A stretch of DNA of 64,000 bases, taken from assembly GCA_947641575.1 (NCBI GenBank), contig CANRQN010000002.1, positions 8,494 to 72,493 on the forward strand, read 5' to 3'. The notes under the pieces were generated by a model, which worked only from the letters and a program-made list of their open reading frames with translations, searched no databases and was not told the origin of the DNA. The translations under genes were made by a program, and so were the position numbers. This DNA is from an uncultured Clostridium sp. GTDB taxonomy: Bacteria > Bacillota > Clostridia > TANB77 > CAG-508. Shown here piece after piece: positions 1 through 9,928 of this stretch. The stretch's first letter is position 1. Each line of letters begins with the position of its first letter.

Positions 1-249
1 ATCTATTTGACCTTCTTTATCAAATCTACTTCTTGGTGCTACATACACTTCACATCCAATTATTGGCTTTATTCCTTCTTTTTTACATGCTTTATAAAAG
101 TCAATTGCTCCATACATAACTCCATGGTCTGTTATTGCAATTGATTTCATTCCAAGTTCTTTTGCACGAACTGGTAAATCTTTTATTCTATTTGCCCCGT
201 CTAATAAACTGAATTCGCTATGGACGTGTAAGTGTACAAATTCTGGCAT
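1..249 (-). CDS. dnaE: DNA polymerase III alpha subunit, N-terminal PHP domain (partial, continues beyond window start)
   Basis: Reverse translation from ATG at 247-249 gives [70 protein letters not shown], the classic DnaE PHP start. GGGAGG RBS lies upstream. Confidence 0.85.
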   Translation of the reverse strand, partial: MPEFVHLHVHSEFSLLDGANRIKDLPVRAKELGMKSIAITDHGVMYGAIDFYKACKKEGIKPIIGCEVYVAPRSRFDKEGQID

Positions 250-262
250 ATGTTTTCCTCCC

Positions 263-384
263 GTTCGAAAAATAAGCTTCGCATTACGTCGTTGCTATTC
301 AGTCGATTTCCCATCAACGTACCTTCGTACGCCTCAGGGAATATCTCCTTCATGCGCCTAGTCCTGCTTGCTTCTTTTTCGAAC
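263..384 (-). repeat. Structured palindromic repeat element, copy A (minus orientation), in the dnaE leader
   Basis: Outer arms gttcgaaaaataagc (263-277) and gcttctttttcgaac (370-384) pair. In minus orientation it carries CTAGGCG, an apical hairpin cgtac-gaag-gtacg and CAACGACG, like copies B-D. Confidence 0.6.
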
Positions 385-404
385 TTAATTCTCTACTTTT
401 TGCT

Positions 405-433
405 ATTATATAACATTTCTGTGGAAATAACAA
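405..433 (-). promoter_or_regulatory. Sigma-A type promoter TTGTTA-N17-TATAAT reading toward copy A and dnaE
   Basis: Minus strand: TTGTTA (433-428), 17-nt spacer, TATAAT (410-405). About 20 nt upstream of the element and about 155 nt upstream of the dnaE ATG. Confidence 0.5.
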
Positions 434-561
434 GAGTGCAGTCTACATAATTTTGACAGATAGCTATATTTATGACATAATATTTTGCGAAATGACACAA
501 GTGTCATGGTCCAAAACAACCGATTTTAGAATGCCACAAGGAGGTATAATTATGAAGTGGC

Positions 562-600
562 AACAAATGGACTCAAGCGATATGCTTGAGTCCATTTGTT
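562..600. terminator. 17-bp perfect hairpin directly after the porB stop (possible bidirectional terminator)
   Basis: aacaaatggactcaagc / gcttgagtccatttgtt with a 5-nt loop. T-rich tail on the plus side, A-rich on the other. Confidence 0.5.
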
Positions 601-1551
601 TTATTCCTTATTTGTAGCTTCTTCTAGTTTTAGTAACATTTCCCATCTTTCGTCTAATTCTTTTTGGAATTCTTCTATCATCCATTCATTTCCTGGTTTA
701 AATAAATGTTTAAATCTTCTTTGTGGTTTTAAAAATTCTTCTATTGGTAGCTTTTTAGCTGGTTTATAGTTTATTTTGTATTTTCCATTTTCCACCTCAT
801 ATAGTGGCCAGTAACATGTATCTACTGCTAATTTATTTATTTTCATTAAATCTTCTGTTGGATATCCCCATCCTCTTGGACATGGTGCAAGTACATTTAA
901 AAATGCTGCTCCCTCTGTATATATTGCTTTTTCTGATTTTTCATATAAATCTTTAAAGTTAGCTGTTGCTATACTTTGTGCAACATATGGTATGTGATGA
1001 TTTGCAATTACTTCTGTTAAGTCTTTTCTAGGTTGCATCTTTCCTGGTATTTTTGTTCCTGCTGGAGATGTTGTTGTATCTGCAAACTGTGGTGTTGCTG
1101 ATGAACGCTGAATTCCTGTATTCATGTATGCTCCATTATCATAGCATACATATACCATATCATGTCCTCTTTCCATTGCTCCTGATAAACTTTGAAGTCC
1201 TATATCATATGTTCCTCCATCACCACCAAAAGCTATAAATTTTGTATCTTTGTCCTCTGGTAATTTTCCTTGTTTTTTCATTGATTTATATGCAGCTTCT
1301 GCTCCTGATAGTGTTGCTCCTGCACATTCAAATGCTGTATGAATAAATGAGTCTGACCAAGATGTGTATGGATACATAAATGTAGATACTTCCATACAAC
1401 CTGTTGCAGCACATATAACTGCATGGTCTTCTGGTTTTAATGCTCTTAATACCATTCTCGCAACTGGTGGAGCTCCACACCCTGCACACATTCTATGTCC
1501 TGCCATAAATCTTGAGGGTTTTTCTGCAATTATTTCTTTTACATTATACAT
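601..1551 (-). CDS. porB: 2-oxoacid:ferredoxin oxidoreductase beta subunit (TPP-binding, POR/VOR type)
   Basis: 316-aa ORF with a GHRMCAGCG Cys motif and a GDGGTYDIG TPP motif. Confidence 0.9.
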   Translation of the reverse strand: MYNVKEIIAEKPSRFMAGHRMCAGCGAPPVARMVLRALKPEDHAVICAATGCMEVSTFMYPYTSWSDSFIHTAFECAGATLSGAEAAYKSMKKQGKLPEDKDTKFIAFGGDGGTYDIGLQSLSGAMERGHDMVYVCYDNGAYMNTGIQRSSATPQFADTTTSPAGTKIPGKMQPRKDLTEVIANHHIPYVAQSIATANFKDLYEKSEKAIYTEGAAFLNVLAPCPRGWGYPTEDLMKINKLAVDTCYWPLYEVENGKYKINYKPAKKLPIEEFLKPQRRFKHLFKPGNEWMIEEFQKELDERWEMLLKLEEATNKE

Positions 1552-1590
1552 ATTTATATTTCCTTTCTATTAATTTAATTTTGGATAAGA

Positions 1591-1609
1591 ATTAGTATAT
1601 TACTAGGCA
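1591..1609 (+). repeat. Half-copy (5' arm plus CTAGGCA) of the structured repeat element
   Basis: attagtatattactaggca matches copy C (36915-36933) at 18 of 19 positions. It supplies the porA stop codon. Confidence 0.5.
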
Positions 1610-2797
1610 AAGTTTTCTCTCCTTACTCCAAAATATCTATAAGGATTATCCAGTTTTCCTGTTTTTTGTATTTCCATTAAGTCGTTATATACTCCTTCTA
1701 TATCGTAAGATGTTGTATCTCTTCCACCTATTCCATAAACGTAGTTTACAGATGGAACATTTACACCATTTACATACATTGCAGATGTAACATCTGTATA
1801 TAATGCTCCTCCTGCTCCATTTACGCTGTCTGATTTATCAAGTATTGCAACTGCTTTTGCTTTTGATAAAGCTTTTGCAATTTCTTCTGCTGGGAATGGT
1901 CTAAACATTCTTATTTTTAACAGTCCTGCTTTTATTCCTTTTTCCCTCAAACAGTCTACAACAAATTTAGTTGTTCCTGCTGTTGAATTCATACATACAA
2001 CTACAATTTCTGCATCTTCCATTTTGTATTCTTCAAAGAATGAATATTTTCTTCCTGTCATTTTTTCAAAATCTTTTGAAACTTCTTCTATTACATTTTT
2101 TGCTGCTCTCATTGCATTTGCTTGTTGATATTTATGTTCAAAAAGATAAGTTTGAACATCTAATGGTCCCATAGCAATTGGTTTCTTATCATTTAGCAAA
2201 TAGTGTTCTGGTTTATATTTTCCTACAAATTCTTTTACTTTTTCGTCTTCTATTAATTCAATATTTTCAATTGAATGTGATGTTATAAATCCATCTTGAC
2301 ATACCATTAGTGGTAACTGTACATCTTTGTGCTCTGCTATTTTATGTGCCATTATTAAATTATCATATGCTTCTTGGTTATTTTCTGAAAATAGCATTAT
2401 CCATCCGTGCATCTCTTACTCCCATCGCATCTGAATGGTCATTGTGTATATTTAATGGTCCTGATACTGCTCTATTTACAAGTGACATTACTATTGGCAA
2501 TCTCATGCTTGACGCTATATATATCATCTCCCACATTAATGATAATCCATTTGCAGATGTTGCTGTCATTGCTCTTGCTCCTGCTGCTTCTGCTCCTATA
2601 CATGCACTCATTGCACTATGTTCACTTTCTACTGCAACAAATTCTGTATCTACTGCTCCATTACTTACAAATGTTGAAAAATACTGTGGTATTTCAGTAG
2701 ATGGTGTTATTGGAAATGCTGCAACAACATCTGGATTTATTTGTTTCATTGCTATTGCTGCTGCCTCGTTTCCGCTTAAACGTTCTCTTATTGACAT
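1603..2797 (-). CDS. porA: 2-oxoacid:ferredoxin oxidoreductase alpha subunit; one in-frame CGG(+1) site at 2404-2407
   Basis: Track ORFs 2378-2836 and 1603-2412 join as ..DAMGVRDA-[C]GGA-WIMLFSEN. Length 1195 minus 1 is 398 codons. Start MSIRERLSGNEAAA follows an AAGGAGG RBS. Confidence 0.85.
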
Positions 2798-2834
2798 TTT
2801 TAATTCCTCCTTATTCTCTAATTCAAAACTAATC

Positions 2835-2937
2835 AAAAGCGAGTAGTACTAGGCATTTTTTGTTAGAAATACCGGAGGTGTACGTGTGTACATTGAGGAT
2901 TTTCTAACAAAAAATAACGACGTAATACGAAGCTTTT
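2835..2937 (+). repeat. Structured palindromic repeat element, copy B (between porD and porA)
   Basis: CTAGGCA - ttttttgttagaaa - TACCGGAGG - tgtac gtg tgtaca - TTGAGGATTTTC - taacaaaaaa - TAACGACG, with pairing outer arms. Confidence 0.6.
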
Positions 2938-2945
2938 CATTAGTT

Positions 2946-3227
2946 TTATTCCATGGTTATTGCGCCGAAAGGACACACCTTAGCGCAAACTCCGCATCCT
3001 TTACAATAATCATAGTTAAAGTCTTCTCTTTTTTGTTCTTTATTTACAGGAATTGCGTCATCTGGGCAAACTGGGAAACATAGTCCACATTGTTTGCATT
3101 TTTCACTTAGATAAATTGGTTTTTGTGATCTCCAGTCTCCTGTTTTAAATTCTAATGAATTTCCTGCCTCATATATGTTTCCAGCAATTGTCATTTTTTC
3201 TGCTGGTGTATTTGGTGTTATTTCCAT
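2946..3227 (-). CDS. porD: 2-oxoacid:ferredoxin oxidoreductase delta subunit (2x[4Fe-4S])
   Basis: 93 aa with CKQCGLCFPVCP and CKGCGVCAKVCP motifs. Confidence 0.85.
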   Translation of the reverse strand: MEITPNTPAEKMTIAGNIYEAGNSLEFKTGDWRSQKPIYLSEKCKQCGLCFPVCPDDAIPVNKEQKREDFNYDYCKGCGVCAKVCPFGAITME

Positions 3228-3257
3228 ATCCTTATATCATTCCTTTCATTCTGGACT

Positions 3258-3827
3258 TTAGATTTTTTTTACTTCATTTAAAGCCATTTTTAAGGCATTC
3301 ATATTTCCTTCTATTACTTCTGGTTTTTTTGCAAATTTATGCTTGAATGAACCTTCCATATCATTTATAAATTCCTCATCAGTCATTATTTTGCTTACTT
3401 TAACAATTGCTGCAAGCATTGGTGTGTTTGGAAAATATTTGCCTAGAGTTTCTATTGATATTTTTCTCGCATCTACTACATATACTTCACCTTTATAGTC
3501 CTTTAGTTTTTCTTTTACTTCACTTCCATCTTTTGTTGTATTTATTACTATTGCTCCTGTTTCTTTTAGCCCTGCAGTTACATCTACTGCATCTAGTAAT
3601 GTATCGTCTACAACAACCACATAGTCTGGTTCATAAATATTACTGTGTATTGTTATTGGATCACTACTTATCCTGTTATATGCTGTTATTGGCGCTCCCA
3701 TTCTTTCAGGTCCATATTCTGGAAAACCTTGAATGTATTTGCCTGTATTAAATGCTGCATCTGCAAGTAAAAGTGAAGCTGTTTTTGCTCCTTGTCCTCC
3801 TCTGCCATGCCATCTTATTTCTATCAT
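3258..3827 (-). CDS. porG: 2-oxoacid:ferredoxin oxidoreductase gamma subunit
   Basis: 189 aa beginning MIEIRWHGRGGQGAKTASLLLA, typical of gamma subunits. AGGAGG RBS. Confidence 0.85.
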   Translation of the reverse strand: MIEIRWHGRGGQGAKTASLLLADAAFNTGKYIQGFPEYGPERMGAPITAYNRISSDPITIHSNIYEPDYVVVVDDTLLDAVDVTAGLKETGAIVINTTKDGSEVKEKLKDYKGEVYVVDARKISIETLGKYFPNTPMLAAIVKVSKIMTDEEFINDMEGSFKHKFAKKPEVIEGNMNALKMALNEVKKI

Positions 3828-3852
3828 GAAATTACCTCCTTTTTATATTAAA

Positions 3853-3881
3853 AGTATATTATTAATATTCGTCAAAGTCAA
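3853..3881 (-). promoter_or_regulatory. Candidate por operon promoter TTGACT-N17-TATACT
   Basis: Minus strand: TTGACT (3881-3876), 17-nt spacer, TATACT (3858-3853). About 25 nt upstream of the porG ATG. Confidence 0.45.
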
Positions 3882-3995
3882 TATTATAGTTTATAATTCA
3901 GTAGTAAACTTTTCTAAAGTCCGCACAGGATATTTTATATATAACTACCTGTCGCAGAACATCAGCATATTTTAAACTGCTCGAATAGATAACTA

Positions 3996-4716
3996 TTAAT
4001 AAAACTTAAGCACTGCATGTAAACTTTTTTCATCAATACTTTTTATGCTTACTGTATGTATATTATTCTCTTCTGAATAATATATATATACTGTTTCTCC
4101 GAAGTTTTATTTGTTTTTTATAATATATTTCTAAATTTTTAAAATCTAATTTTACATCTTCTGGAAATACATTATATGCAAATTCTAAATAACTTACATT
4201 ATTTACATGATGGTTTGCATCTATATCTCTTCTTTTAGTTGTGTATTCTTCTTTTCTTTCTTCATCTTCATCTGGCTTTAGTCTTCCAATTACTTCTTCT
4301 TCAAAAACTTTTTTATCTACCATTCCATATTCATTTGCCATTTCTTCTGTTATTTTTGCAAGCCTTCCAGCTTTTGCATCTATCAATGCCCATTCTGTAG
4401 TCCCGATTACAATTAAGTTTCCTTCTTCATCATATACTTCAAAGTCCCTCCAAGATGATACCTTTTCAAATGCTCTTGGCCATGTTCTTATTGTTAATTT
4501 TGTGTTCCAACATGGTCTTTTAAATGCTCTTATTTTCCAATATAGTAACATCCATGTATATCCTGTTTTTTCTATTTCATTTACACTATATCCTATTTTT
4601 TGTGAATGAGCTCCTGCTGCTTCTGATAAAATGTTTAGTATTCCTTTATCTGATAATTGATTGTCTTCATTTATATCTTGATATCTTATATTGGTTTTGT
4701 ATTCAAATACTCCCAT
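3996..4716 (-). CDS. Acyl-ACP thioesterase; one CGG(+1) site at 4098-4101 near the C-terminus
   Basis: FatA/FatB-like sequence (WPRAFEKVSSWRDFEVYDEEG). The 0-frame ends in junk (LRRNSIYILFRRE). Skipping the C gives KL-G-ETVYIYYSEENNIHTV..KFY, stop at 3996-3998. 721 minus 1 is 240 codons. Confidence 0.8.
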
Positions 4717-4892
4717 TTTATTCCTCCTTTTTGCTTATACAAGTATATCACACTGCAAAATTTATTACAATACAGATTTTTCCTTTCTTTAGTTTATCAT
4801 TTTATCTTTTATTATTTTTTGTTTACTTTTGTATTTCTACATAGTATAATTTGAAAATGTTATAAATGGTCTAAAAAAATGGAGAAGTTTAT

Positions 4893-5624
4893 ATGAATAC
4901 AAATGAAACAATTAGTCAAATAAAAGAAGAAAGTTTAAAAACAGAAGCAGATGTTATAACTCATAAAGACAGTGCCTTAAAAAAATTAGATTCATTACTT
5001 TTAAATTATATAAAAAATTCAAATACTTTAAATAAAGCTGATAAGCTTTCTTATTGGGTAGAAGATTTTTGTAATTTCCTAAAATCTGAAAATACCTTTA
5101 ACCCACAATATTTAAAATCTTATTCAAGAGGTGATATACTTCAAGTAAATTTGGGTTATAATATTGGCAATGAAGAAGGAGGATTACATTATTGCTTAGT
5201 TGTAGATAAGCACAATTCTAAAAAGTCTGGAATAATAACTGTTATTCCTTTGACTTCTAATAAAGGACAAACTCTAGATTTCTCAGAAGTCTTTCTTGGA
5301 GATGAAATTTATTCGTGTTTCAAGTCAAAACATGATGCTTTAATGCTTAAACTTTCTAAAAAGATAAATTCTTTTAATAACAACACTCCGAGAGAAGAAC
5401 TTAAGTCCACTTTAGAAAGCTTAAATTTTCTAAAGAAGATGGATTCTAAAATGTCTAAAATGAAAAAAGGAAGTATTGCTTTAGTAAGCCAAATCACAAC
5501 TGTTAGTAAGCAAAGAATCTATGATCCTCAAAAGACAGATGATTTGTTATCTGGTATGTGCATATCTAATGAGAGTTTAGATTTAATAAACAACAAGATG
5601 AAGCAATTATTTATAAAATGCTAA
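4893..5624 (+). CDS. MazF/PemK-fold toxin-like protein with N-terminal extension and internal insertion
   Basis: RGDILQVNLGYNIGNEEGGLHYCLVVDKH...ITVIPLTSNKG and KKGSIALVSQITTVSKQRI match the MazF/PemK barrel motifs. GGAG RBS. No adjacent antitoxin ORF. Confidence 0.55.
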   Translation: MNTNETISQIKEESLKTEADVITHKDSALKKLDSLLLNYIKNSNTLNKADKLSYWVEDFCNFLKSENTFNPQYLKSYSRGDILQVNLGYNIGNEEGGLHYCLVVDKHNSKKSGIITVIPLTSNKGQTLDFSEVFLGDEIYSCFKSKHDALMLKLSKKINSFNNNTPREELKSTLESLNFLKKMDSKMSKMKKGSIALVSQITTVSKQRIYDPQKTDDLLSGMCISNESLDLINNKMKQLFIKC

Positions 5625-5731
5625 AAGTGTATAAATTTTTGCGTATTTTATTTGACATTTAGCATATTATATTATATAATTAATTTACAAAGCTAAGTAA
5701 CTTATGTTAACTGTAGCACAAAATTTAAGAC

Positions 5732-5767
5732 AAAAAAGATAGCTCCTAAGTGAGCTATCTTTTTTTT
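5732..5767. terminator. Bidirectional rho-independent terminator
   Basis: A-run, agatagctc / gagctatct stem with a 6-nt loop, T7 run. Lies between convergent genes. Confidence 0.7.
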
Positions 5768-5936
5768 ATTCTTCTTCTGGTGCTTCTACTGGGCAAACTC
5801 CTGCACATGTTCCGCATCCTATACATAAGTCTTTGTTTATTTCGTATTTTTCTTCTCCTTGTGAGATACATTCTACTGGGCAACTTGCTGCACATGCTCC
5901 ACAAGATATACATTTGTCTGTTATTTTATATGCCAT
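5766..5936 (-). CDS. fdx: 2x[4Fe-4S] ferredoxin (56 aa; below the ORF-track size cutoff)
   Basis: Manual translation: MAYKITDKCISCGACAASCPVECISQGEEKYEINKDLCIGCGTCAGVCPVEAPEEE. Confidence 0.85.
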   Translation of the reverse strand: MAYKITDKCISCGACAASCPVECISQGEEKYEINKDLCIGCGTCAGVCPVEAPEEE

Positions 5937-5965
5937 TCAAACTCACCACCTTTCAGATTGTTCTA

Positions 5966-6865
5966 TTAATTATTCATATCGTTTTTATCTAATTCTTCAA
6001 GTTTTTTCAATTCTTTTAAGTCATTTTCATCTATCTCTTCATCTGTGTCTTCTACATCTTTTATAATTTCTACATCTTTTACATTAACCTTTTTTATTTT
6101 TGTTTCATCTTTTTGTACTATTTTTACTCTCAAAAGTTCTTTTAATGTTTCTACACTTTCAACTGTTCCCTCTCCTTCATCAGTTTTTACTATTGCGCCT
6201 ACTTTTGGAAGTCTTGAAAGTTTTTCTTCATATACTTCTTGCTCATATTTTAAACAGCACATGAGTCTACCACACGCACCTGATATCTTAGATGGCGTTA
6301 ATGATAGATTTTGTTCTTTTGCCATTTTTATTGAAACTGTTTCAAAGTTTGAAAGGTGTGCACAACAGCATAATTCTCTACCGCAAATTCCACATCCACC
6401 CATTCTTTTTATTTCATCTCTTATTCCTATTTGTCTAAGTTCTATTCTTGTTTTAAATATTGCAGCTAAGTCTTTTACAAGTTCTCTAAAGTCTATCCTT
6501 CCATCTGCTGTAAAGTAAAATAATATTTTACTACCATCAAATTTATATTCTACATTGACTAAATTCATGTCTAGTTTATGCTTTTTTATATTTTTTACAG
6601 CAATTCCAAATGCTTCTTTTTCTTTCTTCTTGTTTTCTTCATAATGTTTTTTATCTTTATCTGTTGCAATTCTTTTTACTTGTTTAAGAGGTGCTACAAT
6701 TCTATCTTCTGACACTTCTTTATTTGCTATAACTACTTCTGCATACTCTTCTCCAAGTGAGGTTTCAACTATAACAAAATCTCCAATATTTAATTTCATT
6801 TTCCCTGGGTCAAAGTAATATACTTTTCCTATCTTCTTAAGTCTAACTCCAACTATTGTTTTCAT
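5966..6865 (-). CDS. yaaT: PSP1-domain protein (stage 0 sporulation protein YaaT / RicT)
   Basis: 299 aa. VGVRLKKIGKVYYFDP start, Cys cluster GGCGICGRELCCCAHL, SGACGRLMCCLKYE. Confidence 0.85.
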   Translation of the reverse strand: MKTIVGVRLKKIGKVYYFDPGKMKLNIGDFVIVETSLGEEYAEVVIANKEVSEDRIVAPLKQVKRIATDKDKKHYEENKKKEKEAFGIAVKNIKKHKLDMNLVNVEYKFDGSKILFYFTADGRIDFRELVKDLAAIFKTRIELRQIGIRDEIKRMGGCGICGRELCCCAHLSNFETVSIKMAKEQNLSLTPSKISGACGRLMCCLKYEQEVYEEKLSRLPKVGAIVKTDEGEGTVESVETLKELLRVKIVQKDETKIKKVNVKDVEIIKDVEDTDEEIDENDLKELKKLEELDKNDMNN

Positions 6866-6874
6866 TCTTTTCTC

Positions 6875-7661
6875 CTATTCCCATATTTTTAAAATAAGAT
6901 TATCTATACTCATATCAAAATTACTGTTCTGTTTTAATTTCAATTTTGTGTCTTCTACATAGTCTATATACTTTAAATACCTATTGTCTGTTTTTGCTTT
7001 ATTTATTAGTATCATATTTATAAATTCTAAATTTTGAAGTACGTTGTCTTTATCTTTGTACAACACATCTAATTTATTTAATAAGTCTATACTTAAGTAT
7101 TTTTCTACATTTCCAAAGATTTTTTCTAAAGCATCATATCTTATTTTTTCTTCTTCTGTAAATTCTTCTTTATCTTCCTCTGTAAATAGTATTTTTGTAC
7201 ATCTTGATTTTATTGTTATTAATATATTATTTTCATTGTTTAGAACTAATATTATTGTTGCAAATTCTGGTGGTTCTTCTAATGTTTTAAGAAGGCAGTT
7301 TTGTGCTTCTTTTGTCATATTTTCGCTATTGTTTATAATATATACTTTTTTTAATGATGTTATTGGTTTTTCAAGGATCTTTTCTTGCATTTCTCTTATT
7401 TCATCTATTTTTATAGTTTCTGATTTTTCTTTGTTTATCTCATAGTAATCTGAGTGATTATTATCATTAAACATTAAGCAAGATTTGCATTTATTACAGT
7501 ATCCATTTTTTTCTTCAGCATTACACAATATCATTTTCGCAAATTCCTTTGCATATTTATAGTTTTGAGTTTTTCCGGATTCCTGAAAACATATATCCAT
7601 TAACTATTCTGTCTTGTTCTACTGCATTTTTTAGTAATTCTTCTATTTGCTTGTTTTTCAT
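6875..7661 (-). CDS. holB: DNA polymerase III delta-prime subunit; one CGG(+1) site at 7574-7577
   Basis: N-terminus MKNKQIEELLKNAVEQDRIVNGYMFSGI-[C]GGA-KTQNYKYAKEFAK joins the 241-aa ORF. 787 minus 1 is 262 codons. Position after yaaT is typical. Confidence 0.75.
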
Positions 7662-7662
7662 A

Positions 7663-8310
7663 TTATACCTTTCCCATTTTATTAAATGGCCAAAATCTAA
7701 TTAATACTTTACTTTCGATTTTTTTAATTGGTACACATCCAAATTCTCTACAGTCTTGACTACCTGGTCTATTATCACCCATTGCAAATACATATCCTTC
7801 TGGTACTGTTACATCATAGTACATTCCTGTTCTTTCTGTTTTTAATCCTTCTCTTAAATATTCTTCTTTTAGTTCTTCTCCATTTAAGTATACTTTTCCA
7901 TTTTCTATTAGTACATGATCTCCTGCAACTCCTATTACTCTTTTTATATAGCTATCTTTACCTATTTCTAATACATAATAGAAGAATTTAGAAAATATAT
8001 TTGTGGGTTCATTATTGTATATTGCAACTGGATTTGCTTTATCAAATTTAGATACATCTGGCTCTTTTACTGATGGTGCTTCAAATGTTATTATATCTCC
8101 TCTTTTTATTTCTTTTTTTAGTGTAATACTTAGTCTATCAAGAAATAGCCTATCTCCTTCTTGCAGAGTTGGTTTCATTGAATATTGTTCTACAACTGTT
8201 GGTGTGAATACATAGTGTCTTACTAAAAGTGCTAATACCACTGCTATTAAAATACATAATATCCATTCTATAATTTCTTTTATATTATTTTTATTTTCTA
8301 ATTCTTTCAT
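7663..8310 (-). CDS. lepB: Signal peptidase I
   Basis: N-terminal TM segment, SMKPTL catalytic Ser box, GDNRPGSQDCREFG box. Confidence 0.9.
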   Translation of the reverse strand: MKELENKNNIKEIIEWILCILIAVVLALLVRHYVFTPTVVEQYSMKPTLQEGDRLFLDRLSITLKKEIKRGDIITFEAPSVKEPDVSKFDKANPVAIYNNEPTNIFSKFFYYVLEIGKDSYIKRVIGVAGDHVLIENGKVYLNGEELKEEYLREGLKTERTGMYYDVTVPEGYVFAMGDNRPGSQDCREFGCVPIKKIESKVLIRFWPFNKMGKV

Positions 8311-8392
8311 TTATATATTATCACTCCTTAAAGAAATCACTTTTCAGTATCATATATTATATATCAATTATCTTTATAAATCAAGTTAAATA

Positions 8393-9830
8393 CTACTTTT
8401 TTGTAGGTACTTTGATTACTACTTCTGTACCTTCTCCTTTTTTACTTTTTATGTCTATACTTCCGTCATTTTTGTCTAGAATTTCTTTGGCAATCGAAAG
8501 ACCAAGTCCTGTTCCTCCCATTTCTCTTGTTCTTGCCTTATCTACTCTGTAAAACCTTTCAAAAATACGTGTTAAGTCTTCTTCTGGTATTCCAATACCA
8601 TTGTCTATTATTTTTATATATGCATCATTATATACAAATCCCACATATATTTTGATATTTCCATTTTCTCCTGTATATTTTATACTATTTGTTAATATAT
8701 TTAATACAACTCTTTCTATTCCGTCTTTATCTGCATAAACTGCTGGGACATTTGCTGTAACAAAACACTCGACTGTTTGGCTTTTTTTCTCTATTTCTAT
8801 TTGTACTTTGTCTTGACACCTTTTTACAAGTTCTCCTAAGTCAAATTCTACTTTTTCTTGTCTTGTTTCATCATTATCATATCTCGAAAGTGATAATAGA
8901 TCTGTTACAAGTTTTGCCATTCTCCTTGCTTCTGTAGATATTACTGTTAGGAATTTATCCTGTGTTTCTTTATCATATTCGTCTTCTAGTAGTGTATCTG
9001 CATATCCCATTATTGAAGTTATCGGTGTTTTCAATTCATGTGATACATCTGCGACAAATTCTTTTCTCATGTTGTTTAGTTTTACATGTTCAGTAATATC
9101 TTGTATTACAACGATTACTCCTGTTGGTATATCGTCTTCGTTTTTTAGTGGTGCAAAGTGCATATGCACATAGGTATCCCCTATTGTCACTTTCTCTTCT
9201 GAGGATGTCCAATTTTCAAGATATATTATTTTTTCTAAATTTATATCTACATTTAGTTTGCCAAATATTTTTTCAAAGTTTTCATCTTCTGGAATTAACC
9301 TAAGTAGCCTTGTTGCAGCTGGATTTATTAATTCTATTCTTCCTTGCATGTTAAATGCTATAATTCCATCTGTCATATGTAAAAGTATTGTCTCTATCTG
9401 ATTTTTCTTTTTTGATACTTCACTTAGGTTTTCCTTTAGTTCTTTTGTCATTACATAAAATGCATTTACTAAATCATCAACTTCATTCTGCTCAGTTGGT
9501 CTTGCAAGTTCTTTAGTTTCAACTTCTTCTCCTAGTGCTATTTTTCTTGCATTATTTATTAATCTTGTTATTGGAGAAATTATTCTTTGTGTTACAAATA
9601 CACCGTACTAATACACAAATTGTGCTAAATGTTAGTACTGTAAATAGGGTTATTATTTTTACTTGCCCTTGGTATCTTTGTATTATTTCTCCAATTTCTT
9701 GTACATTATCTGACTCAGCTTGTACTACTGCTTGTAAATTCGCATAGTTAATGTATCCCATTGCTGCAATTGCAATGATTCCAATTATTAAAAAGATTAG
9801 AACTATTTTTATTTTTATATTTCTTAACAT
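8393..9830 (-). CDS. Sensor histidine kinase (TM-HAMP-PAS-HisKA-HATPase; WalK/PhoR-like); one CGG(+1) site at 9602-9605
   Basis: H-box VADVSHELKTP and G-box GGTGLGLSIAK. Junction ..ICVLV-[C]GGT-VFVTQRIISPITRLI. 1438 minus 1 is 479 codons. Confidence 0.85.
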
Positions 9831-9928
9831 CCTTAAATTTACCTTTCATTATCAGCCTTAATTAAAGGGCACTCTTTAGTGCCCTTTTCATTATATTTAC
9901 ATAGTTTTATAATTTTATTGTATTTATT

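Noticed and set aside
232-450. 72-aa plus-strand ORF from the track
   Set aside because: It overlaps repeat element copy A and the dnaE promoter and leader. It has no RBS and a low-complexity sequence, so it is most likely non-coding.
553-615. 20-codon ORF (MKWQQMDSSDMLESICFIPYL) with an AAGGAGG-like sequence upstream
   Set aside because: Its body is the 17-bp terminator hairpin after porB and it runs into the porB stop. The coding appearance is probably accidental.
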